DNA of 64,000 nucleotides from Candidatus Heimdallarchaeota archaeon (GTDB lineage Archaea; Asgardarchaeota; Heimdallarchaeia; JABLTI01): NCBI GenBank assembly GCA_018238155.1, contig JABCTZ010000009.1, positions 1 to 64,000 of the forward strand, read 5' to 3'. Shown piece by piece: positions 54,900 to 64,000 of this stretch (position 1 is its first letter; each line of letters starts with the position of its first letter). The notes under the pieces were generated by a model. It saw only the letters and a program-made list of their open reading frames with translations, ran no database searches and was not told where the DNA came from. The position numbers and the translations under genes were made by a program.

Positions 54900-56941
54900 T
54901 GGGAATGCATCGCGGTGGTGGTATGGGGAAAGTACTAAGTGCGCGTAATGAGAAGAGAAGAGCATCTAGACCATTAGGTGTTTTGCTCAAAGCTCTAGGA
55001 GGATTTCTCAAAGGCTTGGGTTGGTTAATGGCGCTTGCTGCGTTTATTAGTTTAATTTATTCAGCAACACAAATCTTTAGTCCATTGATCCTAACACGTG
55101 GAATTGATGCATTTTCAAATATTGCTGAAGGTCAAGTTGTGGTCTTCAATCAAACTATGACGATTCAGAATGCTATTATTATATTGACATTAATATTCGG
55201 ATCAATGAATATTTTAGGGTTCTTCCTAAATTCATTGTCAACAAGAATACTAGCAAAAGCAAATTCAATTTTTGTAAACAACATTAGAGTACAATTGTAT
55301 AGTAAATTGATTAATTCATCAATGAGCTATATCAAAAATGAACAAAGTGGTAACATAACTTCTAGGATTACAAGTGATACTGATCAAATAGCGACAGGTA
55401 TTCATATTTTTACTATGATTGCAATTCAACTGGTCCTTCTGGTAACAACACTTGTTATACTGCTGACACAAACAAGCTGGCAAATAATACTCATTTGCTT
55501 AGCCTCAGTACCTGTAGCACTAACAATCAGTGCAGTTTTGAGCAAATTCGGCAGAAAAATTGTTCTCGATATACGACAAGCATTTGGTATCGTTTCCGGA
55601 AAAATAGCTGAAAGCTTCGCCGGTGCAGCAGTAGCAAAGTCATTCAACAGAGAAAAAACGCTCTCAAAACAAATGGGTGTATTAAATCAACAATATTACA
55701 AAATGAGTCAGAAATTTGGTTTGATGATGTTTATCACAATGCCACTCATAGGGGCAGTATCGTCAATAACGGTTGCAACAATCCTCTGGGCTGGAGGACT
55801 AATTGATCTCTCAGTTGGAGAGATTTTCCTAGGGATAACCCTCTCAAGTTTATTCTTACGTCCAATAACATTTCTTTCGATGGCTTTCCCTGAATTACAG
55901 AATTCATTGGGTGCAGTTGATAGAGTAATTGACGTATTAGAAGCAGCACCCGCAATTGAAGATTCACCAGACGCTAAGGACTTGGAAGAAAATTATTCAG
56001 TTTCAATGAAAAATGTCTGGTTTGCTTATGAAGATGAAAACTATGTTATCAAAGATGTTTCCTTCGATGTAAATGAAGGAGAAATGGTCGCCTTAGTTGG
56101 TCATACAGGAGCAGGAAAAACTACCATTGCAAGTATGCTTCTTCCACGCTTTTACGATTTAAATAAGGGTACAATTAAAGTAGGCGACCAAGAAATCCGC
56201 GATTTAAAGCAATCCTCACTTCGAAATGCTATTGGACTCATTCCACAAGAACCTTACCTATTCACCGCATCAGTTTACGATAATATCAAATATGGTAAAC
56301 CAGATGCTACAGAAGAAGAGGTATATGGAATCTGTAAACTCCTTGGAGCAGATGCCTTTATTGAAGCACTTCCTATGGGGTACGAAACACTTGTTCAAGA
56401 AGGTGGAAAGAAGCTCAGTGCTGGTCAAAGACAAATGATCACTATTGCGAGAACCATGCTTGCGGACCCAAAGATACTCATTTTGGATGAAGCTACTTCA
56501 AGGTTAGATGCCTATTCAGAATCACTGGTTCAAAGTGCACAAAGAAAACTATTCGAAAATAGAACCACATTTGTTATTGCCCATAGATTATCAACTATTC
56601 ATGATGCGGAGAAAATTATTGTTTTAGACCACGGTGAATTAGTTGAAATGGGTAATCATGAAGAGCTTCTGAAAAAAGAAGGAATATATGCTGATTTGTA
56701 CAATACTTACTATTCTTTCCAAGGGCTTGAAACAATTGACTTGGGTGACATTGATGATTTGGATGAAGAGGAAGAAGTAGAGCTCTCACCAATGGCATTA
56801 CTGCAAATGGGTCCTGAAGGACATGCAAAGCTACAGAAAATGATCAAGGAAGGAAAAATACCTCCGGAAGCATTGGCTAAAATAAAGCAGAAAATGAAAG
56901 GTAAACCAGGAATGCTTGGTGGTAAAAAACCTCATAATTAG
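54899..56941 (+). CDS. ABC exporter TMD-NBD subunit with consensus catalytic residues
   Basis: GHTGAGKT, LSAGQ, ILDEATS and IAHRL; TAATG overlap with the upstream subunit. Confidence 0.92.
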   Translation: MGMHRGGGMGKVLSARNEKRRASRPLGVLLKALGGFLKGLGWLMALAAFISLIYSATQIFSPLILTRGIDAFSNIAEGQVVVFNQTMTIQNAIIILTLIFGSMNILGFFLNSLSTRILAKANSIFVNNIRVQLYSKLINSSMSYIKNEQSGNITSRITSDTDQIATGIHIFTMIAIQLVLLVTTLVILLTQTSWQIILICLASVPVALTISAVLSKFGRKIVLDIRQAFGIVSGKIAESFAGAAVAKSFNREKTLSKQMGVLNQQYYKMSQKFGLMMFITMPLIGAVSSITVATILWAGGLIDLSVGEIFLGITLSSLFLRPITFLSMAFPELQNSLGAVDRVIDVLEAAPAIEDSPDAKDLEENYSVSMKNVWFAYEDENYVIKDVSFDVNEGEMVALVGHTGAGKTTIASMLLPRFYDLNKGTIKVGDQEIRDLKQSSLRNAIGLIPQEPYLFTASVYDNIKYGKPDATEEEVYGICKLLGADAFIEALPMGYETLVQEGGKKLSAGQRQMITIARTMLADPKILILDEATSRLDAYSESLVQSAQRKLFENRTTFVIAHRLSTIHDAEKIIVLDHGELVEMGNHEELLKKEGIYADLYNTYYSFQGLETIDLGDIDDLDEEEEVELSPMALLQMGPEGHAKLQKMIKEGKIPPEALAKIKQKMKGKPGMLGGKKPHN

Positions 56942-56953
56942 ACATACTAAAAA

Positions 56954-56985
56954 ATAGGAGAAACTCTCCTATAATACTTTTTTTT
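56954..56985 (+). terminator. Hairpin plus T-tract after the ABC exporter pair
   Basis: ATAGGAG-aaact-CTCCTAT followed by T8. Confidence 0.6.
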
Positions 56986-57076
56986 CATCCAAATCATTAA
57001 TTTCTATTTCTAAACGATACATTTATTGAGTTATCTTTTGTTTTAATCACATATCTATGTTAGAAGGAATTCAGAG

Positions 57077-58480
57077 ATGAGTGAAGAAAATGTTCTACTA
57101 ATCCATCCCCCATTTCAATGGGGAGTTATTGATAGATTCTGTCAACCGCTAGGTGTGCTAATCTTAGCTAGTGCTTTGAAAAATGAAGGAATCAAAGTAA
57201 AGGTAATAGATCTAGCAGCAGAAGGATGGTCTCAAAAAAAATTAGCTAATTATTTGTTTCAAAACAATTTCACTCATATTGGTATAACCACTATATCACC
57301 ATTTCGTGAAATAGTCTATTCAATATTACGCATGGCTAAAAAAATCAATCCAAAGATCATTACTATTGTCGGTGGACCTCATCCAACTTTGCAAAAAAAG
57401 GAAATCTTTTCTGAATGTGAAGCCATTGATTATGCCGTATCTGGTGAAGCAGAACTTGAGATTGTGAATATTATTAGAGACCCCAAAAAGAAATTCTATG
57501 ATTTAGGTTGTATAAATGATCTGGACCTAGTTCCTTTGCCTGATCGTTCCCATGTGAGACATTTAGCTTATAATGAACTTTCCGGTATTTATATGGGTGA
57601 TTCTGCAACAATGAAATGGGTTCGAGGTTGCCCATGGAGAAAATGTCGTTTTTGTACACGAACAGAGTTATCAATGACCTACCGTCAGAAAAGCCCTGAA
57701 AAAATAATAGAAGAAATAGCGATTATTCAGCATGAATTGAAATATGAAAATATCATCGTTATTGATGACAGTTTGAAGTTCAATTCAAAATATATTCAGA
57801 AAATCCTTAAAATGAAAATAAAAGAAGGGTTGGATATTCCTTTCTGGGCTCTAGCTCGTGCTGATCAAATTAATGAAGCAGGTGCAAAGTTAATGAGACG
57901 AGCTGGGTTGAGTGGGATACAAATTGGTCTCGAGTCAGTTGTTCCACGTTTTGTTGAAATGTATCGTAAAACGAGTTTTCCATCACATATTTGGCGAGAA
58001 AAACTTGACCAAGCATTTGAATTGGGAGATAAATACAATTTTATCATCATTGCTTCTTTTATTATAGGCGCTCCTACAGAAAAAGCAGAAGAAATATGGT
58101 ATGATATTAATTACTGCAAAAATTCAAAACTTGACTTTGCTCAAGCATTTCCTTTCCAATATTTGAAAGGCTCTGAAATGTGGGCAGAAGCAGTAGAAAA
58201 CGGCCAGCTAACCTCCAATCACTTCTATACCTATAATGATAAGAAATTTGGCACAACAACTTATACTACACAAGAGCTACTAGATTTAGCTCTAGAAGCT
58301 GAAAATCAAATCAATTCTCCCTTTTTAAATCCAGGTAGATATGTTCGCATTATTCGTAAATTTATCAAGCAGAAAAATTGGTTGATATTTAGACACAACA
58401 TTTCTCGTATACCTGTGCTATTTAGGAAATTAATTCTTGAACATCCATATGAGTTGCTTCCCGATGAATTACATGGATGA
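57077..58480 (+). CDS. B12-binding domain radical SAM protein
   Basis: LLIHPP...PLG...VGGPHPT cobalamin domain; RGCPWRKCRFC (CX4CX2C); IGLES and FIIGAP motifs. Confidence 0.9.
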   Translation: MSEENVLLIHPPFQWGVIDRFCQPLGVLILASALKNEGIKVKVIDLAAEGWSQKKLANYLFQNNFTHIGITTISPFREIVYSILRMAKKINPKIITIVGGPHPTLQKKEIFSECEAIDYAVSGEAELEIVNIIRDPKKKFYDLGCINDLDLVPLPDRSHVRHLAYNELSGIYMGDSATMKWVRGCPWRKCRFCTRTELSMTYRQKSPEKIIEEIAIIQHELKYENIIVIDDSLKFNSKYIQKILKMKIKEGLDIPFWALARADQINEAGAKLMRRAGLSGIQIGLESVVPRFVEMYRKTSFPSHIWREKLDQAFELGDKYNFIIIASFIIGAPTEKAEEIWYDINYCKNSKLDFAQAFPFQYLKGSEMWAEAVENGQLTSNHFYTYNDKKFGTTTYTTQELLDLALEAENQINSPFLNPGRYVRIIRKFIKQKNWLIFRHNISRIPVLFRKLILEHPYELLPDELHG

Positions 58481-58686
58481 ATGGTAAGAAAGGACTTTTC
58501 TTTCTCACCTATTTTTCTCTTTAACTTGACATTCATTTTATTTCCCTCTAAATTTTTAGCCCATTGAAATATTGAGTATACTGAATCAGTAGAAATGAGT
58601 GATCATTACGGGTTTGTGTAATCTGATGGAATATATTTTTAAGAAATAAAAATCGTTGATGTTTCAATTTAGATGGTGCTGTACTA

Positions 58687-59724
58687 ATGAAAGAAGGGAA
58701 ACTGCCTTGGGAATTGTTAAAAGATCTAGTAACAAAGAATGGATTCCAAACTGAAGGAGTAATTCAAGGACCTAAAGCCGGTTGTGATGTTGCTGTTTTT
58801 AATTACCACCTAGCAATAAAAAGAGCTCAAGAGTTCTATCAGTCTCGAGAAGATGTTCATGTTGTTTTCAAAACCGATCCAATAACTTTTCCCACACCAA
58901 ATCCAGGTAGATACGCCGTTGTAGTAAATTCAAATGATATAGTTACAAGTGGAGCTCTCCCCTTTGCTTTTAATGCAACAATTATCCTACCAATAGGATC
59001 AATGAAAGCAGATGTACAAAAAATACAAAATGACATTGATTCTGAATGTGTAAAACAAAAGATCACTATTCTTGGGGGGCACACTGAAATTTCCTCCTCT
59101 GTAAATTCTCCAATAGTATCAGGAGCAATGATAGGTTTTGTTCCAGCGGATTATTATGTTCCACGAACGATCCAAGAAGGAGATGTAATGTTCTGTGTTG
59201 GATGGTGCACAAAAGAAGGGATGGGTATTATTGCTTCCAAAGGATATGAAAAGCTAATAGAAATGATTGGAAAAGAAAAACTAAGTAGGTTGATGAAATT
59301 AGGTGAGGATATTTCAATCACTGAAAGTGCTCTAATGATAAATAAAAAGTATCAACCAGGACTAATGCATGATGCAACGGAGGGTGGTATCCTTGGTGCT
59401 GCTTTTGAAACTATTGCTGCAGAGAATTATGGCTTGGCATTAGTTGAGGACAAATTTCCTCTTACAAAGGAAACCAAAGAGGTTTGTGAATTATTAGAAG
59501 TTAATCCTTTGAAAGTCATTTCTTCTGGAACATTACTAGTTGTTTCTTCACCGGAAAAAGCAAAGAATATCATAGAAGAATCTACTTCAGAGGTTCCAAT
59601 AAGTGTTGTTGGTGAAATCGTTTCACAAAAACAAGGCATTACTTTAGATGGCAAGCCACTTGTACCACCACAATCTGATGAAGTAATTGATGCATTAAAA
59701 AAATTAGCGAAGGACAGTTTGTAA
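58687..59724 (+). CDS. AIR synthase-related (PurM/HypE-like) protein
   Basis: GKLP, KTDPIT, NDI..SGA, GGHTE, MHDATEGG and ISSGTLL motifs. Confidence 0.88.
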   Translation: MKEGKLPWELLKDLVTKNGFQTEGVIQGPKAGCDVAVFNYHLAIKRAQEFYQSREDVHVVFKTDPITFPTPNPGRYAVVVNSNDIVTSGALPFAFNATIILPIGSMKADVQKIQNDIDSECVKQKITILGGHTEISSSVNSPIVSGAMIGFVPADYYVPRTIQEGDVMFCVGWCTKEGMGIIASKGYEKLIEMIGKEKLSRLMKLGEDISITESALMINKKYQPGLMHDATEGGILGAAFETIAAENYGLALVEDKFPLTKETKEVCELLEVNPLKVISSGTLLVVSSPEKAKNIIEESTSEVPISVVGEIVSQKQGITLDGKPLVPPQSDEVIDALKKLAKDSL

Positions 59725-59758
59725 AAAAGAAACTGCCTTTAAGAGTACTAATTGTTTA

Positions 59759-60994
59759 TTAAAGAAGGCGTTTCTGCCCTTCCAATTTTTGAATTTCGGT
59801 GATATCTTGAGATGCCTCAATGCACCCTAGATATTTGCCTGCTTTATCACGAATAGCAAAATATCTGATGTGGATCATTGTCCCATCAAGATTGATCCAA
59901 AATTCAGCCATTTTTCTTTTGCCAGAGCGAAAGTCATCTAAAATTTCTTTCACAACACTATAACTCTTTTCTGGATGGCAGTTGATAACGCTGCGACCAA
60001 TAATCGCTTTTGTTCTCACAAAAATTCGCTCATCGCCTTTGCTGAAATATCTTACTTTATCTTCATGGTCAACAAAGGTAATGTCAATTGGTAAAGTATT
60101 GAGTAATGGTTCAATAAAGCTTATTGGCAATGGACCAGTCTCAAACTCGATCATTCCTTCCATCATTATTTCCTCAGGTATTTTATCTTCTGTTCCTTTT
60201 TCTTCTTCTTCTACTATTACAAATGCTTTTGTTGACTCTTCAGGAGTAAAACAACAATAGCCAATTTCATCAAATTCTTTGCGAATATCTCTCCACTCTG
60301 CTTGAGTAATCAACCTCAAAGCTGCTGGAAAGAGGATATTATTTTCTTTGAAAAAGTGTGTTGTAAGCATTCCTGCTAAAGCACCAACGGTTTCCAATAA
60401 CTTGCCGGTGAAATCATCATACTTTGTAGATTTATCTTCAGTGGAATCTGCTAAGGCAAAGAGGTCTTTTTCCAATCCTCTTATTTTATCATGATCGATC
60501 CACATCTGAGCAGGTGGTTCTGTTAAACCGTGTTTTTCAATATAGGGAAAGAGAACATTCTCTTCACGTAGATAGTGCTTTATTGATTCTTTGAAGTGGT
60601 GAGCAATATCCTTCAAAACCTTAATCTCATCCTGAATTGCATCAAATTTCTTCTTTGGATTCTTTGCAATGGCTACAGAAGCACGGTTCAATTTCTCAGC
60701 AAATTCAAGCACCATCCGATGTTCTTCCATCAAAATATTGATAGGATGACCAAGTGGAACAATGATGCCTTTTTTATCGAGGTCCTCTTTGAAAACTGCA
60801 AGATGAACATCACATAGCTTGTTCAAATTCTCACGAGGCATACCCTCTTTGACAAGTTCTTCCTCTACTTTTGCTAAGTCATCTGGTCCAGTACCTTTGA
60901 TGAGCTCTTTGAAATCTTCTTTGGCCTTCTCAGGGTCCATACCTTCATTCAAGCCCTCAATGAGCTTTTTCAGATCTTCTTTTTTTTCTTTCAA
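59759..60994 (-). CDS. DUF438 / hemerythrin-like / PAS protein
   Basis: LCDVH, HPINILMEEH, HYLREENVLFP, MWIDHD, KENNILFP, LPIDITFVD and NCHP motifs. Confidence 0.9.
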   Translation of the reverse strand: MKEKKEDLKKLIEGLNEGMDPEKAKEDFKELIKGTGPDDLAKVEEELVKEGMPRENLNKLCDVHLAVFKEDLDKKGIIVPLGHPINILMEEHRMVLEFAEKLNRASVAIAKNPKKKFDAIQDEIKVLKDIAHHFKESIKHYLREENVLFPYIEKHGLTEPPAQMWIDHDKIRGLEKDLFALADSTEDKSTKYDDFTGKLLETVGALAGMLTTHFFKENNILFPAALRLITQAEWRDIRKEFDEIGYCCFTPEESTKAFVIVEEEEKGTEDKIPEEIMMEGMIEFETGPLPISFIEPLLNTLPIDITFVDHEDKVRYFSKGDERIFVRTKAIIGRSVINCHPEKSYSVVKEILDDFRSGKRKMAEFWINLDGTMIHIRYFAIRDKAGKYLGCIEASQDITEIQKLEGQKRLL

Positions 60995-61188
60995 ATGCTA
61001 TCCCTCGACTATACGTTGGATATAAACAATAATCAACGATAATTAAACAGTAGTTATTTACAATCTAAGATAGGAGTAGTGCTTCATAAGTAGTTTGTAA
61101 AGTGTAAAGTAAAAAAAATCCTTTTAACAGTATAATTCTAAATACAAGTAAAAATAACATTTCATTAGAAATTCTGGAGAAAAACTAG

Positions 61189-62172
61189 ATGGATAAAGAA
61201 AAGCTAATTTCAACGATAAAAAAACAGATACCTAATACTCTATTAAATATCAATCTCGAAGGTTATGGTCAAAAGAAAAGCGGAAAAGTACGAGAACTAT
61301 ATTTCCACGATGATAAAGTAATTTTAGTAACTTCAGATCGCATTTCTGCATTCGATGTGATATTAAATCAAGGCATACCTTACAAAGGACAAGCTCTAAA
61401 CCAAACGTCCGAATTTTGGTTCAACGAAACAAAGAAGATAATAAAAAATCATATTGTTGCAATCCCTGACCCAAATGTAATGGTTGTTCAAAGTTGTACT
61501 CCACTAGCTCTAGAAGTTGTAATTAGAGGATATATAACAGGTTCTGCTTGGAGGAGATACAAATATCTGAACGAAAATAATGAACCACTAGTTATCTCCG
61601 GAGTTGAATTTCCAAAAAACCTAAGAAAGAATGAGAAGTTATCCGAACCTGTTTTTACTCCAACAACGAAAGCAACAGAAGGACATGATGAGGAAATCGC
61701 TGCAAAGGAATTGGTTTCACGTGGAATCGTTTCCCAAGAAATAATGGATAAAATTGTTGAAACAGCATTCAAATTATACAAAGAAGGAAATCGCATTGTT
61801 AGCAAACAAGGTGGCATCCTCGTAGATACCAAATATGAATTTGGACTCAATCCCGAAGGAGAACTAGTACTAATCGATGAAGTACATACAGCTGATTCTT
61901 CCAGATATTGGATGCAAGATAAGTATCAAGAACTTTTCGAAAAAGGTGAAAACCAAAAAGGACTCGATAAGGAATATGTTAGAAATTGGTTGCGAGAAAA
62001 TGGATTCACTGGTGAAGGCAATGTTCCTGATTTGTCAGAAAATGTGATAACAAATGCATCCTTAAATGTCATTAATTCATATGCTTTAATAACTGGACAA
62101 GAATTCAAACCAGCTGAAGAGTATTCTTCAAATGAACGAATGCAAAAAAACTTGAACAGCTATTTTAAATGA
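61189..62172 (+). CDS. purC: SAICAR synthetase
   Basis: GKVRELY, SDRISAFD, RGYITGS, TPTTKA..GHD, DTKYEFG, DEVHT.DSSRYW and DKEYVR motifs. Confidence 0.96.
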   Translation: MDKEKLISTIKKQIPNTLLNINLEGYGQKKSGKVRELYFHDDKVILVTSDRISAFDVILNQGIPYKGQALNQTSEFWFNETKKIIKNHIVAIPDPNVMVVQSCTPLALEVVIRGYITGSAWRRYKYLNENNEPLVISGVEFPKNLRKNEKLSEPVFTPTTKATEGHDEEIAAKELVSRGIVSQEIMDKIVETAFKLYKEGNRIVSKQGGILVDTKYEFGLNPEGELVLIDEVHTADSSRYWMQDKYQELFEKGENQKGLDKEYVRNWLRENGFTGEGNVPDLSENVITNASLNVINSYALITGQEFKPAEEYSSNERMQKNLNSYFK

Positions 62173-62243
62173 CTTGATAAATTGAATCATACAATAAAAT
62201 AAATATCAAATTACATATAGTTATACATACGAGTAAATGGATT

Positions 62244-63467
62244 TTGTTTGAAATGTTGAGAGCTTTTACAAAAAAAGAACTAAAAAATAATGATCATCTA
62301 TCTGGGGATCAATCCAAAATTTTGGGTAATGCTTCAAACATCTCAGGAGATGTAACCAATATTGAAGGAAATGTTGGGAAATTGAAAGGTGATGTTTCGA
62401 ATTTAAAGGGGCTTATTTCAAATATTAAAGGTGATGTTTCGAATATCTCTGGCAATGTTTCTAATATTTCTGGTAATGTATCAAACCTTTCTGGTGTTGT
62501 TAGCAAATTATTGGGAAACACATCAAGAATCTCCGGTGATATTTCCAAAATCGTTGGTTTTGTGACAAATTTACGTGGTAATGTTTCTGAAATTAAAGGG
62601 CAGATTAATTCAAATCCTTTTAACTATAGAGAAGGGATTTATGGCGATGCTTCTAGTATTTCTGGTAATATATCAAATATAGAAGGTGATATTTCCAATT
62701 TAGAGGGGGATGTTTCTAAAATTTCAGGCGATGTGACCTATATCAATGGCGATGTATCTAGACTCAAAGGTTTTGTTGGCAGATACGTAGGATTTCCATC
62801 CGATGAAAATTATTGTGGAATTTTAGGTTATGTTTCCAATATTTCTGGTGATATTTCAAACCTGAAAGGAGAAGTATCAAAAATACAAGGTCCTGTCTCA
62901 AAATTAAGTAGCAGTATGATCAATATTAGCGGTGATATTTCTTCTATCACTGGCAACATTTCTAACCTTTCTGGTGATGTTTCGAAATTATCCGGTGATG
63001 TTAGTAAAATTTCTGGTGATGCTTTTTCGATTACAGGTGATGTATCAAATCTTTCTGGTGATGTCACAAATATTAGTGGTCGAATTAATGGAATTACTGG
63101 TTGTGTTTCTGGACTTGTTGGTATAATTAATAATATCTCTGGTGATACCACATCTATTTGGGGTTACACAAGTAATATCTCTGGTAACGTTTCAAATTGT
63201 AAGGGTGATGTAAGCAATATTAGTGGTGATGTATCAAACATTTCGGGATATGTAAGTAGTTTATCAGGAAACGTATCGAATTTAAGTGGACTTGTTACAA
63301 ATATCTCCGGCAATATGTCCAAAATATCTGGTGATGCATCAAAAATTCGAGGTAAAATATCCAACTTTTCTGGTAATATTTCAAACCTTTCTGGAGATAT
63401 TTCAAAGCTGAAAGGAGATGTAAATAGTTTATCTGGTGATGCTTCCCGTTTAAAAAGCTCAGATTAA
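62244..63467 (+). CDS. Heptad-repeat (G-[DN]-[VI]-S-[NK]-[IL]-S) protein, predicted beta-solenoid
   Basis: About 50 consecutive 7-aa units filling almost the whole protein. Confidence 0.8.
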   Translation: MFEMLRAFTKKELKNNDHLSGDQSKILGNASNISGDVTNIEGNVGKLKGDVSNLKGLISNIKGDVSNISGNVSNISGNVSNLSGVVSKLLGNTSRISGDISKIVGFVTNLRGNVSEIKGQINSNPFNYREGIYGDASSISGNISNIEGDISNLEGDVSKISGDVTYINGDVSRLKGFVGRYVGFPSDENYCGILGYVSNISGDISNLKGEVSKIQGPVSKLSSSMINISGDISSITGNISNLSGDVSKLSGDVSKISGDAFSITGDVSNLSGDVTNISGRINGITGCVSGLVGIINNISGDTTSIWGYTSNISGNVSNCKGDVSNISGDVSNISGYVSSLSGNVSNLSGLVTNISGNMSKISGDASKIRGKISNFSGNISNLSGDISKLKGDVNSLSGDASRLKSSD

Positions 63468-64000
63468 TTTTCATCAATATACTTTGAATTCTTTTTAAAT
63501 AAAGAATTCAGAATTTTTCTATCAACAGAATGAATATGGGAATTAATTTCTAAATAATTTTCAGTCAGATCTGAGATATTAGCATCACAAGAATTAGTGG
63601 ATTCCCATATTGAAATACTCATCAAAGGAAGATCATTCCAGTAGTTCCAGATTGCTTCGAATCTGTCTATTCTAATGATACCTTCGCTTTCATTGAGAGC
63701 ATTGTCCACAATTAATGAAATTGAATATTTATCCTGAACATAGATACTATCAGCAATATCTTTACGATAGACAACATCATCACACATATATGCAATCCAT
63801 CTATTTTCATAATCGATATTTATTTGAAGAACATGATAATCATTTTTAATCCAATTAAATGGTATTATTGTACTCGTGTAGTAAAAGCCTTTAGTTGTAT
63901 AGTTCGCACTAATACCCATTATCAGATGAGTTGAATTTGAAAGGATGTTTGCTCTATAAGTCATATTATTGACTTTGAATAAATCAATAGACAAACCAAA
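63464..64000 (-). CDS. 3' end of a beta-rich protein (lectin/LamG-like pattern); 5' end probably outside the window
   Basis: Open frame reaching the window edge; WIKNDYHVLQINID...IAYMCDD pattern. Confidence 0.4.
   Translation of the reverse strand, partial: FGLSIDLFKVNNMTYRANILSNSTHLIMGISANYTTKGFYYTSTIIPFNWIKNDYHVLQINIDYENRWIAYMCDDVVYRKDIADSIYVQDKYSISLIVDNALNESEGIIRIDRFEAIWNYWNDLPLMSISIWESTNSCDANISDLTENYLEINSHIHSVDRKILNSLFKKNSKYIDEN

Noticed and set aside
57625-57657. CX4CX2C instead of CX3CX2C as a novel radical SAM motif
   Set aside because: This spacing variant is familiar among B12-dependent radical SAM proteins.

Overview
An AT-rich archaeal chromosome window, most likely from an Asgard archaeon (probably Heimdallarchaeia). 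This is an inference from an ESCRT-III/Snf7 gene, longin- and V4R-domain genes, archaeal AcdA/M42/TldDE genes and GGTGA-type RBSs. From left to right: (1) 1-5.0 kb is an array of secreted-protein cassettes, each headed by the same conserved leader with a variable tandem repeat. (2) 5.6-21.5 kb is a candidate membrane-trafficking neighbourhood: a small winged-helix protein, ESCRT-III (Vps20/32/60 type) with a K-turn-like hairpin in its leader, a HerA/DUF87 ATPase with an in-frame partner, two ~1050-aa paralogues with an N-terminal longin-like domain, and a tandem V4R/Bet3-like protein; larC is interspersed. (3) 21.5-30.3 kb holds acdA, an M42 peptidase, surface proteins, a secreted caspase-fold protease and a membrane-anchored protein with two putative pore-forming beta-hairpins. 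(4) tldD and pmbA are separated by a ~5.25-kb decaying island with a 13-bp imperfect direct repeat at its ends; it carries a second caspase-fold protease and a dead TnpB with a rearranged RuvC site and a recognisable omegaRNA-like 3' end. (5) The rest contains an arsenic cluster (acr3, arsM, arsR, SWIM protein), two output-less REC-PAS-GAF sensors, a tandem-RHH regulator opposite a heterodimeric ABC exporter, a B12 radical SAM, purC and a heptad-repeat solenoid protein. I saw no rRNA, tRNA or CRISPR array. The best candidate for an undescribed system is the longin-giant pair plus tandem V4R protein (a TRAPP/GEF-like parts list) near ESCRT-III. All domain calls come from reading motifs by eye, not from database searches.
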